From positions 1,664,001-1,728,000 of the forward strand of contig CBDCOX010000002.1 of the NCBI GenBank assembly GCA_965219995.1: 64,000 nt of DNA. Reading direction: 5' to 3'. The DNA is from Candidatus Latescibacterota bacterium (GTDB lineage Bacteria; Latescibacterota; UBA2968; GCA-2709665). Of the stretch, positions 28,808 through 39,070 are shown piece by piece. The position numbers and the translations under genes are program-made. Below the pieces are notes generated by a model, which searched no databases, was not told the DNA's origin, and was given only the letters and a program-made list of their open reading frames with translations. Numbering within the stretch: position 1 is the first letter of the stretch; the number at the start of each line of letters is the position of its first letter.

Positions 28808-29797
28808 CTATCGGTCCGTCCGGAGCGCCTGCAGGAAACCGTGCATCTGCCCGACGCAGAACGCGATATAGGCCCGCCCTTCCTCGTCGCCGGCAAGTTC
28901 CATGATGTGGTCGTAGTCGATGGCGCCGTCAAAGCCCACGTCGTGCAGCGCGCGAACCACCTGGAACATATTCAGGTCTCCCGTATCCGGAATCACCTCC
29001 TCGTATCCTCCGGTTTCCGGAATTGTCCCCCGTACGTTCCGAAAGTGGACGTGGAAGATCTTCCCCTGCCCGCCAAATCGCCGGATTCCCTCGAACACGT
29101 CCTCGCCGGATTCGTACCGCGTCCCAACGCAGAACGTCATCCCGTTTGCCGGCGAGGGCACTTCCGAAAACAACCGGTCGAACGCCTCGAAATCGAACAG
29201 GACCTGCGGCACTCCGTAGAGGCTTGGCACAGGAGGGTCGTTCCCGTGCATGGCGACCCGTGTGCCGGCCGCTTCCGCGACCGGTACCGCCGCACGAAAA
29301 ACCTTCAGGGTTCGTTCCCAGAGTTCTTCGTGCGTCGGGGCGCCTTCCGGCGCCGGTTTGTTCAACGCGTCGGTTAAATCGACTTTCAGATGCCGATAGC
29401 CGCCGCGTCCTTCGACCCATTGGTAGACGCCCCGCGGCGTCCCGCCGAACTGAGCCGCCTGAAAACACTGGATCCCCACGACGGGAAACCCGAGCTCCCC
29501 GCAGAGCGCGACGTTGGCCACAAGCCGGTCCAGCTCCGCTCCTGCATCCGCCTCATCCAGGAAAATTGCGCGCATATAGTTGTTGGTTGAATTCGCCCGC
29601 TCGATCTTCAGGCCGGCACCGTCCACCACCTCCACCACCCGCTCCACGCTCTCGCGGCACAGCCTTCCGGACTCCCTGTAGCCCGGAAAAATATCCAGCG
29701 TCACATCCACCACGTCCACGCCGATCTGCTTCAGGAACCGCAAGTCCTCCGGCCGGTCCAGCCAGCCCGGATCGATCCGCGTTCCAATCTTGATCAC
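28808..29797 (-). CDS. Mannonate dehydratase (UxuA) family protein
   Basis: AMHGNDPP, SPANGMTFCVG, IFHVHFRNV, DYDH. Confidence 0.8.
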   Translation of the reverse strand: MIKIGTRIDPGWLDRPEDLRFLKQIGVDVVDVTLDIFPGYRESGRLCRESVERVVEVVDGAGLKIERANSTNNYMRAIFLDEADAGAELDRLVANVALCGELGFPVVGIQCFQAAQFGGTPRGVYQWVEGRGGYRHLKVDLTDALNKPAPEGAPTHEELWERTLKVFRAAVPVAEAAGTRVAMHGNDPPVPSLYGVPQVLFDFEAFDRLFSEVPSPANGMTFCVGTRYESGEDVFEGIRRFGGQGKIFHVHFRNVRGTIPETGGYEEVIPDTGDLNMFQVVRALHDVGFDGAIDYDHIMELAGDEEGRAYIAFCVGQMHGFLQALRTDR

Positions 29798-29906
29798 GAG
29801 ACACCTCTCAGGAAGACAATTTCGTTTTCACAAGTTCATGCCCTGGACTATATTGCCTGCGTTCTGAAGATCGCCGACAGCCTGCTTGCCGGGGAGCCTG
29901 CCGGAG

Positions 29907-30839
29907 ATGTATTCCGACGACTTTAAAAATCGACTTAAACACACCCATGCGTTCGTGGTCACGCCGTTCGAAAGGCAAGACCGCGGTCGACTTGCCGTCG
30001 ACGCCCTTGAACGGAACCTGGGTTTTCTGATCGAGCACGGCGTAAAGGTACTGAACCTCGGAGGGGGCACCGGGGAGGTCAACGCCCTCTCCGGAGCCGA
30101 ACTCCTGGCGATGACCCGGGAAACCTTCGACATCGCGGGGTCGGGCCCGCTGGTCATTCCCACCCTGCCGGACAACCTGGGCGCCGCTCTGGAACTCGCG
30201 CCGGTCTACGAACGCATGGGCGCCCGGGTCGCGCTGGGCATGGCGCCCTATATTCGCAATGAAACGCCCGACGACCTGGAGGGTGTTTTCAACCACTACC
30301 GGATCCTGGCGCGCGCGTCCGGTCTCGCGTTAATGCCCTATAACACGCAGGCCTGGCCCGCAAGGTTCTTCCTCAGGCTCGCAGAGATCGACCGGATTGT
30401 CGGAATCAAGGATCCGTGCCGGGCGCCGCACAATCTGTTCGCCGCGATTCAGATCCTGGGCGACCGCTTTGTCTGGATCGGCAACAAGCGGCATGATCCG
30501 GGCGTGCTGCACCTGCGCTTCCAGATGGGCATCGACGGCTTCTCCGCCGGCTTCGTCAACTTCGCGCCGCAATACGAACTCGAACTCTTCGACCTGGCCT
30601 GTAAGAAAAACTGGGCGGCCATGGTCTCCCTTCAGCGTCGGCTGGCCCCGCTTGAACGGCTGAGAGCCAGGTACGGCGACGTTGCGATGATCAAAGCCGG
30701 CATGGACCTGGCCGGTCTGCACGGCGGACCCGTCCGGCCGCCTCGCGTCGACGTTCACGTCGCGGGTCGCGCGGAAATCCGCGCCGCGCTCACGGAACTC
30801 GGCGCCAAAACGACCGGCGCATCATCCGAAGCGGGCTAA
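29907..30839 (+). CDS. Dihydrodipicolinate synthase family (class I aldolase/dehydratase)
   Basis: VTPF, GGTGE, MPYN, GIKD Schiff-base Lys, GPVRPP. Confidence 0.85.
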   Translation: MYSDDFKNRLKHTHAFVVTPFERQDRGRLAVDALERNLGFLIEHGVKVLNLGGGTGEVNALSGAELLAMTRETFDIAGSGPLVIPTLPDNLGAALELAPVYERMGARVALGMAPYIRNETPDDLEGVFNHYRILARASGLALMPYNTQAWPARFFLRLAEIDRIVGIKDPCRAPHNLFAAIQILGDRFVWIGNKRHDPGVLHLRFQMGIDGFSAGFVNFAPQYELELFDLACKKNWAAMVSLQRRLAPLERLRARYGDVAMIKAGMDLAGLHGGPVRPPRVDVHVAGRAEIRAALTELGAKTTGASSEAG

Positions 30840-30873
30840 CCACAGCAGACCGCGCACACGGTCTGTCGACGGT

Positions 30874-32115
30874 TCAACGCCCTTCGGAAATGACGGGTGC
30901 CGCATTGAAGTACGACGCGTCGCCGAACCAGGGAAACATGCCGAAACCCGCATCCAGGTCCCGCTGCTCCCATACAAGCCCGGTTTCGCAATAGCTCAGC
31001 GAGCCGTGGGCGGGTGGTGAAAACTCCGGACGTCCCAGCAGGTCGCTTCGGAACCAGACGCTCCGATGCCCGAAACACACGCCCCTCTCCAGGTTCTCCC
31101 GAACGAATTCAACCATATGCGGAAACGTCCGCTGGTACTCCGCCCCCCGGCCGTATTCAATGTGAGCCTTCAGACTCTCGCCCGCAGCCTGGACCTCGCG
31201 CATGGACATGGGGGCTCCGCCATTTACGAACAGCGCATCGGCATTCGGATCCACCACCGCCCATTTGCCGTACTCGTCGAACCAGACCTCCGCCACGAAA
31301 TGCCCGTTGAATCCGTTCACCGCTTCGGTGAGAACGGCGCATCTGGCCGGAATGCCCGCCGCCTGGGCGCAGCTTACGAAAGCAGCCGCATAATGAACGC
31401 ACATCGCCACGGGCCGCTTTCCATTGTGTCCCTCCTGCCGCGGCGCCCATGCGAGGAGGGTTTCCGCGTCCCACGGGGCATATTGGCCGGCCCTGAGCGA
31501 ATTGGTATGCTCCCAGCTGGACGCCAGCCAGGCCGATAGCGCACGGACCCGGTTGATCAGCGGGCCCTGGTCTCGCGCGACCGGCGGCAGCAAACGCCTC
31601 AACGACACCAGCCGCGGCGACTCCGCGACCTCCCATGCCATGGCGGGAGGCTGCGGATCCTCTCCCTCCTCGAGCCGTGCCCGGACGACGTACTCACCCA
31701 GAACCGAGTTGAGGTAGCCCATTCGATCGCTCCGCCAGGTCCCGCCGCCGTCGTCGCTGACCGCGCTGTCCGGCTCCGCGTGACCCGCTTCCATCGCGAG
31801 CGACCATCCGTCCATCGCCGTACCATCGGTCCAGAGTTCGAAGGTGTTGGCACCGGCTCTCAATCCCGCCACCGACAGCTCATACCAGGAATACGCACCG
31901 GGCCTGTCGGGCTCGAGCGCCGCCACCTCGGCGCCGTTCAGGGCCACCCGAAGCGGCGCGTCGTTATCGGGATAGGGCCGGGCGAGGATGTAGACCCGCC
32001 CGGGCGCGTCCGTGGCGGGCAGTGCGAGTGACTTTCGCGCCCGCCGGAACGTCGTCAACTCCTCGCAAAGAGACGGCATGACCCGTCCGTCTTCGCTGTA
32101 ATACAATCGGCTCAT
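30874..32115 (-). CDS. Transglutaminase-like domain protein
   Basis: Cys-His-Asp triad: MCVHYA, GHFVAEVW, VVDP. Confidence 0.8.
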   Translation of the reverse strand: MSRLYYSEDGRVMPSLCEELTTFRRARKSLALPATDAPGRVYILARPYPDNDAPLRVALNGAEVAALEPDRPGAYSWYELSVAGLRAGANTFELWTDGTAMDGWSLAMEAGHAEPDSAVSDDGGGTWRSDRMGYLNSVLGEYVVRARLEEGEDPQPPAMAWEVAESPRLVSLRRLLPPVARDQGPLINRVRALSAWLASSWEHTNSLRAGQYAPWDAETLLAWAPRQEGHNGKRPVAMCVHYAAAFVSCAQAAGIPARCAVLTEAVNGFNGHFVAEVWFDEYGKWAVVDPNADALFVNGGAPMSMREVQAAGESLKAHIEYGRGAEYQRTFPHMVEFVRENLERGVCFGHRSVWFRSDLLGRPEFSPPAHGSLSYCETGLVWEQRDLDAGFGMFPWFGDASYFNAAPVISEGR

Positions 32116-32226
32116 CGGGGCCTCTCTCTTTGTACCTGCCGCATGGGGCCGCAGGAAACTGCGCGCAGACCCAAAACCTGACGTCTCTCTCCATCGAACG
32201 CAGTGACAGTTGCCGGATCCCCGCGT

Positions 32227-33129
32227 CTATTTTCCAATGTATTCCGGAAAAGCAGGTTTCCAGTTTTCGTAGATGATGTTGTGGATCACTTCATCCGGAA
32301 CCTTTGGAAAATTCGTCCCTTCCACCACGTCGTTTATCTTCCACTGGCCGGCAATCACCTGCGCCGCCGTGGCCGATGGAAAATCGGACCCGAAAATCAG
32401 TTTGTGTTCCACGCCGTATTCGATGGCCGACATGAAGGCCTGGTAGTGCCGCCGGGGCCGGTAGTGAAGCGCCGACACGTTGGTGTAGAGATTGGGGTGC
32501 TTTCGAATCAGCACCACGCACTCATCCTCCCAGGGATGCCCCATGTGGGAAATGACGATGCGAAGATCCGGACACGCGATTGCAATGTCTTCGAGTTGAA
32601 TCGGATTCGCGTACTTCAACGGACCGGTCCGGACGAACGAGGTGCCCTGATGGATGTTCAGCGGAATGCCGAGCGATTCCGCCTTTTTGAAGAACGGCAG
32701 GTGCCGGGGATCCCGGGGGTCCCAGTTCTGGTAGATCGGCGCCACCTTCAACCCCCGCAGCCCGAGGTTCTCTACACAATGCACCAGCTGATCGATGCAA
32801 TCCGCATCGTTCGGATTGACCGAACCCCATCCGTAAAACCGGTCCGGATGGTCATTCACGAATGCGGCCACCAGGTCCTGGGGTACGTCGATTCCCACGT
32901 GCGGCGCCCGCAGACCGAACACGATCACCCGGTCGCAATCCTCGGTGGCCGCCAGCAGCTGCTCGGGCCTGGCGTCGAATGCATTGCGTTCGTCGCGGGC
33001 GTCGTCGGCGAAATACACGTCGGGCGACAACCGCATCTTTGCCTTCTTGGCGGCAAGCGCGGACTCGACAAACTCATCCGACAGGTGGTCCGGATACCAC
33101 AGTAAATTGGTATGGGTGTCGAAAAGCAT
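32227..33129 (-). CDS. Amidohydrolase family 2 protein
   Basis: DTHT, GLRGLK, IHQG, ISHMGHPW, LIFGSDFP. Confidence 0.9.
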   Translation of the reverse strand: MLFDTHTNLLWYPDHLSDEFVESALAAKKAKMRLSPDVYFADDARDERNAFDARPEQLLAATEDCDRVIVFGLRAPHVGIDVPQDLVAAFVNDHPDRFYGWGSVNPNDADCIDQLVHCVENLGLRGLKVAPIYQNWDPRDPRHLPFFKKAESLGIPLNIHQGTSFVRTGPLKYANPIQLEDIAIACPDLRIVISHMGHPWEDECVVLIRKHPNLYTNVSALHYRPRRHYQAFMSAIEYGVEHKLIFGSDFPSATAAQVIAGQWKINDVVEGTNFPKVPDEVIHNIIYENWKPAFPEYIGK

Positions 33130-33163
33130 GACCTGCCCCCATTGGCCGCACGGATGGAGAATT

Positions 33164-34750
33164 CTACTCCAGGAACCGCCTCAGCACGTTGCCGGTGATC
33201 CTGGACAGTGCATCGCTGACCAGAAGCGAGCTGATATATGTGATCGACCCCGTCGAAAAGACGGCGCCGCCACCGTCCGGCTCGTGAATGACCATGTGGG
33301 CGCCTCCGTCGTTGTCGTTCATCCCTTTGGCAAGCAGCTCGACGTTTTCCGGCGAAAATCTGGATGAGATCTTGTCGGTTTCGTGCCCGGACGCTCCGCC
33401 CGGAATTCGCATGTGCAGGTACTCCCTGCCGAAGAGTTCCCCGTCGCCGAGGCCCGTGCCCTCGTATGCCCAGTGGCCGGAGTCGACGACCCTGTATGGC
33501 GCGGCGGTCATGATGCCGGCATCGGTAAACACCACCCCGAGCAGGTTGGCCTCGGACTCCTGGCGCATATGCATGCGGCTTTCAAATCCACCGTCCCGCT
33601 GCTGGCGCCGGTTGCCGTTCCGGACGATCATCGACTCCTCGTCCACGAATTCCACCTCACAGTTCAACCCGTTTCCGCCCAGATACATCAGCCTGCCGCC
33701 ACGGTTGAATACCCAGTCCTTCACCTCGTAATACATCTTGCTGGACCAGTATTCGGGATGGGGTCCCAGGATCAATACCGCGTAGTCGTCCAGGTTCAGC
33801 GCGTCGAAATGCAACTGGGTTTCCGAATAAAGGTCGTATTCGAACCCCTCGCGTTCCAGCCACCCCAGCAACCGCCATTCCGCCGGCGCGACGTGATTGG
33901 CTGCCCGGCCCTCGATCGGATCGGTTACCTGCTCGTCCTCCGGTACGACATTGATCGGCTCCGGACGTTCGAAGGACAGCGGCAGGTATTCCTCCGCATC
34001 GTAATTGATATGCTCCGGGTCGGTGTAGCGCTTCAACTCCAGCCGGGCATTGATGGTGGGTGTGGGAGGCATCCTGTCCGGATGAATATAGTTGCTGCGA
34101 CCTCCGAAGTTGTTATAGCAGTTCCAGTTGATGTCTGACGCCAGCACGGCCACCTTCGCCCCCGGCTTTGCGGGCGCCACAACCCACGGAAACGAGAAAA
34201 ACAGTCCGGACTCCGATCTTGCGTGAAAGTAGTAAAGGCCGGACCGCCCGGGCGCTGCGACAAGCTGTTTGTGACCGGGGCTGGTATATCCGAACCTGTT
34301 CCACTGCGCGCCTGCCTGCGTATAGTCGCCGTCGGGAGTCAGCTGGACGGTGGCCCTGGGCCCGTGCTCGTCGTACCACCCGATCGGGCGAATGAGCTCC
34401 TTCTTCCATCCGTAGCGCCACAACTCCAATTTATACGGTTCGTGTGAATGCACGCGAAACTCGGACCGGTCGCCCGACTTGACGCACTTGGGCCAGACGT
34501 AGCCCATCAGACAGTCCTTCAGCAGACGAAACTGATGGGGTTCATCCGGCTTGACTTCCACGTCGACGATTTTCGACCCGTACCCGTCGCGAGCCAGAAT
34601 CACCCGATGCCGCCCCGGCGTCACGTCCGCATAGACCGCACCCGATGCCGCCGAACGGGCCGACACCGCGTTGCCCGACGGGTCCCGGAACTCCAGAGCC
34701 ACGTCGGAAAGGGCGATATAGCGCTCGTCACTCACGTAACCCACCAGCAT
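33164..34750 (-). CDS. N,N-dimethylformamidase beta-subunit family protein
   Basis: SGLYYFH, NCYNNFGGRSNY, LSFERP, HPEYWS, LMYLGGN, GHETD. Confidence 0.8.
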   Translation of the reverse strand: MLVGYVSDERYIALSDVALEFRDPSGNAVSARSAASGAVYADVTPGRHRVILARDGYGSKIVDVEVKPDEPHQFRLLKDCLMGYVWPKCVKSGDRSEFRVHSHEPYKLELWRYGWKKELIRPIGWYDEHGPRATVQLTPDGDYTQAGAQWNRFGYTSPGHKQLVAAPGRSGLYYFHARSESGLFFSFPWVVAPAKPGAKVAVLASDINWNCYNNFGGRSNYIHPDRMPPTPTINARLELKRYTDPEHINYDAEEYLPLSFERPEPINVVPEDEQVTDPIEGRAANHVAPAEWRLLGWLEREGFEYDLYSETQLHFDALNLDDYAVLILGPHPEYWSSKMYYEVKDWVFNRGGRLMYLGGNGLNCEVEFVDEESMIVRNGNRRQQRDGGFESRMHMRQESEANLLGVVFTDAGIMTAAPYRVVDSGHWAYEGTGLGDGELFGREYLHMRIPGGASGHETDKISSRFSPENVELLAKGMNDNDGGAHMVIHEPDGGGAVFSTGSITYISSLLVSDALSRITGNVLRRFLE

Positions 34751-34824
34751 ATCTCACTCCCCCTTGATGGTTCTCCGCCGCGAGTTCTTTCTGTCCAGCC
34801 GTGACCCGCGGACGGTCTCAACGC

Positions 34825-36225
34825 TCAGTCACGGTACCCCGGCGGATGCGATGCATGCCAGTCCGTCGCCTGTTCATACGCATAGGCCAGCCGGAGAATC
34901 GTCGCTTCGTCGTAAGGCTTGCCCGTCAGCTGCAGTCCCACCGGAAGCCCGTTCGAAGTAAACCCGCAGGGTACGGATACCGCGCACAGGCCCAGCCAGT
35001 TGACCAGCCGCGTAAGCAGACGCGTCGGCTCCCCGCGGTCCAGATCGCGCAGGCGCGGCGCGGAACTCAACATCGTGGGACCGGCGACGGCCTCGACGTC
35101 GGCCAGACGTGCCGCCGACGTGCGCATCATCCCGGCGCGTTTGCGCTGAATCCCGGCCAGATCGACCGCAAGCAGTCCCGGCTCGACCTCGAGACGCGCG
35201 CGGACCACGGGCCCGAACGAATCCGGCGCGTCTCTCAACGCCTCGCGGTGGACAGAGACCGCCTCGGTCCTAAGAAGCCTGAGGTTGTCTTCCTCTCTTT
35301 CGGCCTGCACCGCCTCGGGAAACGGCATTTCCCTGACGTCAACGCCCAGACCGGCCAGGACTCGGATGGCGTCCTCCACAAGGGAGACGACCTCCGGGTC
35401 CGCGCCGCTGAAGAAGGGCTCTCGGACCACCGCCATACGAAGGCCACCGACGTCCTTCTTCAGCATGCCCACGACGTCGCCTACCGGCAGATCGAGGGCC
35501 GTGGAGTCTTCGACGTCGGCACCCGCGATCGCCGTATACATCATCGCGGCGTCCTCGACGCATCTGGCCATCGGGCCGATCGTGTCCAGCGTCCAGGAAA
35601 GCGGCATCACGCCTGCGGTACCGATACGGCCCGTTGTGGTCTTGAGGCCGACGACGCCGCAGTACGCCGCGGGAATCCGTACCGAGCCCCCGGTATCCGT
35701 TCCGATGGCCGCTGCGGCCAGACCGGCAGCGACGGCCACGCCGGACCCGCTGCTGGATCCGCCCGGAACCCTCTCGGGATCCCACGGATTCGGAGGCGTT
35801 CCAAAATGCAGATTGATGCCGAAAGGACCGAACGCGTATTCGACGAGATTCGTCTTGCCCAGCAACACCGCGCCTGCACGCGAAAGCCGCTTCGCTACCG
35901 TAGAGGTTCGCGCCGGCACATAGTCCTTACGCGCCCGGGCTCCCGACGTCGTTCGAATGCCCGCGGTATCGCAAAGGTCCTTCAACGCAATCGGAACGCC
36001 GTGCATCGGTCCGAAGTCGTTCCCCGACCGGAGGGCCAGTTCCGCCGCCTTCGCGTCCGCCCGCGCGCGGTCCGCCGTTACGGTAATGAACGCGTTCGTC
36101 CCTGGCTGATAGCGATGGATTCGCTCCAGGTACGCTTCCGTTACCGCTACGGGCGAGAGGTGTCCGCCGCGGTACAGCGCGGCGAGTTCCGTCGCCGTCA
36201 GAAAATGAAGCGCTTGTTCCGCCAT
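34825..36225 (-). CDS. Amidase signature family enzyme
   Basis: GVPIALKD, GKTN, PGGSSSGS, GTDTGGSVRIPA. Confidence 0.93.
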   Translation of the reverse strand: MAEQALHFLTATELAALYRGGHLSPVAVTEAYLERIHRYQPGTNAFITVTADRARADAKAAELALRSGNDFGPMHGVPIALKDLCDTAGIRTTSGARARKDYVPARTSTVAKRLSRAGAVLLGKTNLVEYAFGPFGINLHFGTPPNPWDPERVPGGSSSGSGVAVAAGLAAAAIGTDTGGSVRIPAAYCGVVGLKTTTGRIGTAGVMPLSWTLDTIGPMARCVEDAAMMYTAIAGADVEDSTALDLPVGDVVGMLKKDVGGLRMAVVREPFFSGADPEVVSLVEDAIRVLAGLGVDVREMPFPEAVQAEREEDNLRLLRTEAVSVHREALRDAPDSFGPVVRARLEVEPGLLAVDLAGIQRKRAGMMRTSAARLADVEAVAGPTMLSSAPRLRDLDRGEPTRLLTRLVNWLGLCAVSVPCGFTSNGLPVGLQLTGKPYDEATILRLAYAYEQATDWHASHPPGYRD

Positions 36226-36273
36226 AGCCGAGGGTTCATCGATCGGGTAATCCGCATGGGTCGCATCTCGTCG

Positions 36274-36609
36274 TTAACAGCCCGGTCCCCTGATCTCATG
36301 TCGAGCAACCTTCTCCGGTAGCAGACCGCGTGCGAATCCGTCGGGATCGGCCCGATGGCCCTCGACGAGTTTCCGGATCTCTTCCAGCACCCGTTCCCGG
36401 TCGTACAGTCCGTAACGGTAGATGTCGATGGGGCCGATCAGCTTCAGATAGAAATGGTTTCCCGCGTCGTGTTCTTCTGCGCATGCGCTTGGTTTTTGCG
36501 CAGTCTCCAGTTGTTCTTCAAACGCGTCCGCGAACGCCGCCAGCAGGGGCTCACCGTGCAGATCGGCCGGGACCTCCGGGAACCGGGCCACCAGCTCCTG
36601 AACCGTCAT
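36274..36609 (-). CDS. Hypothetical protein
   Basis: Strong AGGAGG RBS before ATG 36609, host-like codon usage, ends GPGC. Confidence 0.7.
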   Translation of the reverse strand: MTVQELVARFPEVPADLHGEPLLAAFADAFEEQLETAQKPSACAEEHDAGNHFYLKLIGPIDIYRYGLYDRERVLEEIRKLVEGHRADPDGFARGLLPEKVARHEIRGPGC

Positions 36610-37015
36610 CCGTTGCCTCCTTTCCTGTCTCCCGCAGTAATTCATCGGGAATCCGCTTGCGTCCCTGATAGCCTTCCATGGGACCGTGATAATGCGTTAC
36701 CCGCTCCTCATCGCTCCGCCAGCAGAGCAACACTTCCTCGCCGTTGATCACGGCGGGAAAATCCACCAGGCCGAGGTTGAAATTCGGGTCCTTATAGGAA
36801 CACCCGATGGCCTCCAGTTCCTCGAAGAATTCATTCAATGACGCAATCAGTTTCCTGATCTCCGCATCGTCGGCCGCGGCCGGCCCCAGTTCCCCGGCAA
36901 GCTGACGCAAACGGCGCCCCGAAACCTGGATATCGGCGACAATCCTCTTCACCAGCGGCAACGTCCGGTTGGCCTCCACAGGCGTGAAAACCCTGATCTC
37001 TTTCATCGGCGCCAT
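36551..37015 (-). CDS. DUF2203 domain protein
   Basis: FTPVEANRTLP, GLVDFPA, LLCWR..E..VTHYH...GYQGRK. Confidence 0.85.
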   Translation of the reverse strand: MAPMKEIRVFTPVEANRTLPLVKRIVADIQVSGRRLRQLAGELGPAAADDAEIRKLIASLNEFFEELEAIGCSYKDPNFNLGLVDFPAVINGEEVLLCWRSDEERVTHYHGPMEGYQGRKRIPDELLRETGKEATDDGSGAGGPVPGGPGRSAR

Positions 37016-37019
37016 CCCC

Positions 37020-38087
37020 TCACGACGCTTCGCGCTGCGCGCCGGTATCCGCCGGTTGACCGTCAGGGCCGGCCACGGCGCCGGCCACGAAATCGTCCAG
37101 GCGTATCAAAGCGCCGCCGGCGGAGGCGGACGCATTGGCTCCCAAGACCGCGGCCAGACTGTTCAGCGCCTGCCCGTACCCGTTCCGCAGTCCGGACGCG
37201 TCGCCAGAACGGATCGCGTCCACGAATGCCCTCGCCTGGCCGGCGAACGGATTGTCCCTGTCCGGGAGTTCGAAAATCGTCTCTCCGTTCTCCACGACCC
37301 TTTCGGCGGACCATTCCAGCAGCGAATCGTCGCACACCACCAGCACTTCCCTCCGGGACGCATTGACGTTCGTCAGCACGCGCGAGGTCGTTACGCTGGC
37401 GACGACGCCGCTTTCGAAGCGGTAATTCACATCGTACACGTGGGGCAGGTTGATAGGCTCCGGCCCTTCTCCGGGCTTGCGATAATGATAAAACGCAGAA
37501 ACCTCCGTGACGTCACCGAGGAAAAACCGGAGCAGATCCACCATGTGGATCGTATTCTCGACGAACGATCCGCCGCACAGCTCGAAACGGCTCGTCCAGT
37601 AGCGGATATGCGCGCCGCTGTATAGCAGTTGAACCAGCGCATGTCTCGGAGTCCGGTCCGATATCCGATCCCGGATGAACGCTGCGGTCGCGTAATAGCG
37701 GCTCATGAAGCCGACCTGAGACGGAACCCCCGACCTGCGGATCGCCTCGCTGAACCGGACGGCCTGCGCGATATCCAGGGTTTGGGGTTTCTCCACCAGG
37801 ACAGGGATCCCTTTTTCCGCGGCAATCAGCTCGGCATCCGTATGCAGGGTAGGTGGAATGCATATATAGACGCCGTCCAGGTCCTCTTTCTCGAACATTT
37901 CACGATGGTCCGAATATACGGCATTCGCCCCGAAGGCCCGCGCCTGACCGGCGGCCGTTTCCTCGTCCGCGTCGCAGAACGCCTGAAACACCACCAGACC
38001 CTTACCCGCCAGTTCGGCCAGGGGCGGGAGATGGGCATTGACCGTAATGTAACCCAGACCGATAAAGCCGAGTCGCGCGGCTTCCAT
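37020..38087 (-). CDS. Gfo/Idh/MocA family oxidoreductase
   Basis: GFIGLGYI, VEKP, ENTIHMVD; start trimmed to ATG 38087. Confidence 0.9.
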   Translation of the reverse strand: MEAARLGFIGLGYITVNAHLPPLAELAGKGLVVFQAFCDADEETAAGQARAFGANAVYSDHREMFEKEDLDGVYICIPPTLHTDAELIAAEKGIPVLVEKPQTLDIAQAVRFSEAIRRSGVPSQVGFMSRYYATAAFIRDRISDRTPRHALVQLLYSGAHIRYWTSRFELCGGSFVENTIHMVDLLRFFLGDVTEVSAFYHYRKPGEGPEPINLPHVYDVNYRFESGVVASVTTSRVLTNVNASRREVLVVCDDSLLEWSAERVVENGETIFELPDRDNPFAGQARAFVDAIRSGDASGLRNGYGQALNSLAAVLGANASASAGGALIRLDDFVAGAVAGPDGQPADTGAQREAS

Positions 38088-38088
38088 G

Positions 38089-38985
38089 CTAAGCCTCCTC
38101 GATCTTCCGGACGAGGTCCGGCGGGAGGTACTCGCCGTCCGAAACCGATGCGCACATTTCCAGCTCATCCGGATCGGATGCCCCGCAAAGCAGCAACGAC
38201 ACCCGCGGGTCCGAAAGCAGATAACGAAGCGCCAGGCTCACGATACCCGCCGGTTCGTCCGCGAGCAATGCCTCCACGCGGCGCAGCCTGGCGTGCAACT
38301 CGCGGAAACGTCCATTTTCAACGAACCGGTCGCGCCTGGAACCCAGGAGACCGCCGTGCAGGGGGGAAGCGGCGATGACGGCCACGTCCTCCGCCGCCGC
38401 GACAGGAACGAGAACATCCCTGGCTTCCTGCGTCAGCAAGTCGTATTTGCAGAACGTGATCACAGAGACGAATTCGTCCGTCTCCTGGAGGATTTCACTC
38501 ATCAATGACAGGTCGGACCCGGTCAATCCGATATGTTCCGCAAGCCCCTGAGAACGGATATCCAACAGCGTCTCCAGGGTGCGTTCGGTTCCGAAAATGC
38601 CGTCCCAGCCGGCCTGCTCCGCTTCATGTACCTGCAGCAGATCCACACGATCCCGCCGCAGACGCTTCAGACTGCCTTCGAATCCGCGCCAGATCACGTC
38701 CCGGGTATAGTCGAACGGCTCAGGATAATAACCCACCTTTGTCGCCAGATAGTGCGGTTCCGTCACGCCCTCCAGGGCAAGCCCCAGAACCTCCTCGCTT
38801 CGTCCCTTTCCGTATAGAGGCGCCGTATCGAAATAACTCACGCCCAGCTCGAGCGCGCGTTCAACCATCTTGACCCCGTGCGCGTCGGGCAGCAGGCCCT
38901 CCTCGGGCCGGCCGTAAAACCACGAACCGCCCAACCCCACCTCGCTCACGTGCCATCCGGTTCTGCCAAAACGCCGGTACCGCAT
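38089..38985 (-). CDS. Aldo/keto reductase
   Basis: FDTAPLYG, SEEVLG, TKVG, DLLQVH. Confidence 0.92.
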   Translation of the reverse strand: MRYRRFGRTGWHVSEVGLGGSWFYGRPEEGLLPDAHGVKMVERALELGVSYFDTAPLYGKGRSEEVLGLALEGVTEPHYLATKVGYYPEPFDYTRDVIWRGFEGSLKRLRRDRVDLLQVHEAEQAGWDGIFGTERTLETLLDIRSQGLAEHIGLTGSDLSLMSEILQETDEFVSVITFCKYDLLTQEARDVLVPVAAAEDVAVIAASPLHGGLLGSRRDRFVENGRFRELHARLRRVEALLADEPAGIVSLALRYLLSDPRVSLLLCGASDPDELEMCASVSDGEYLPPDLVRKIEEA

Positions 38986-39070
38986 CCAGATTCCGTCCTG
39001 TCCGGATTCTTCGAACCCGCATTGGTTCGCAACCGCGGAAATTCATGCGGAGAAACCGTACCCTGTGTTC

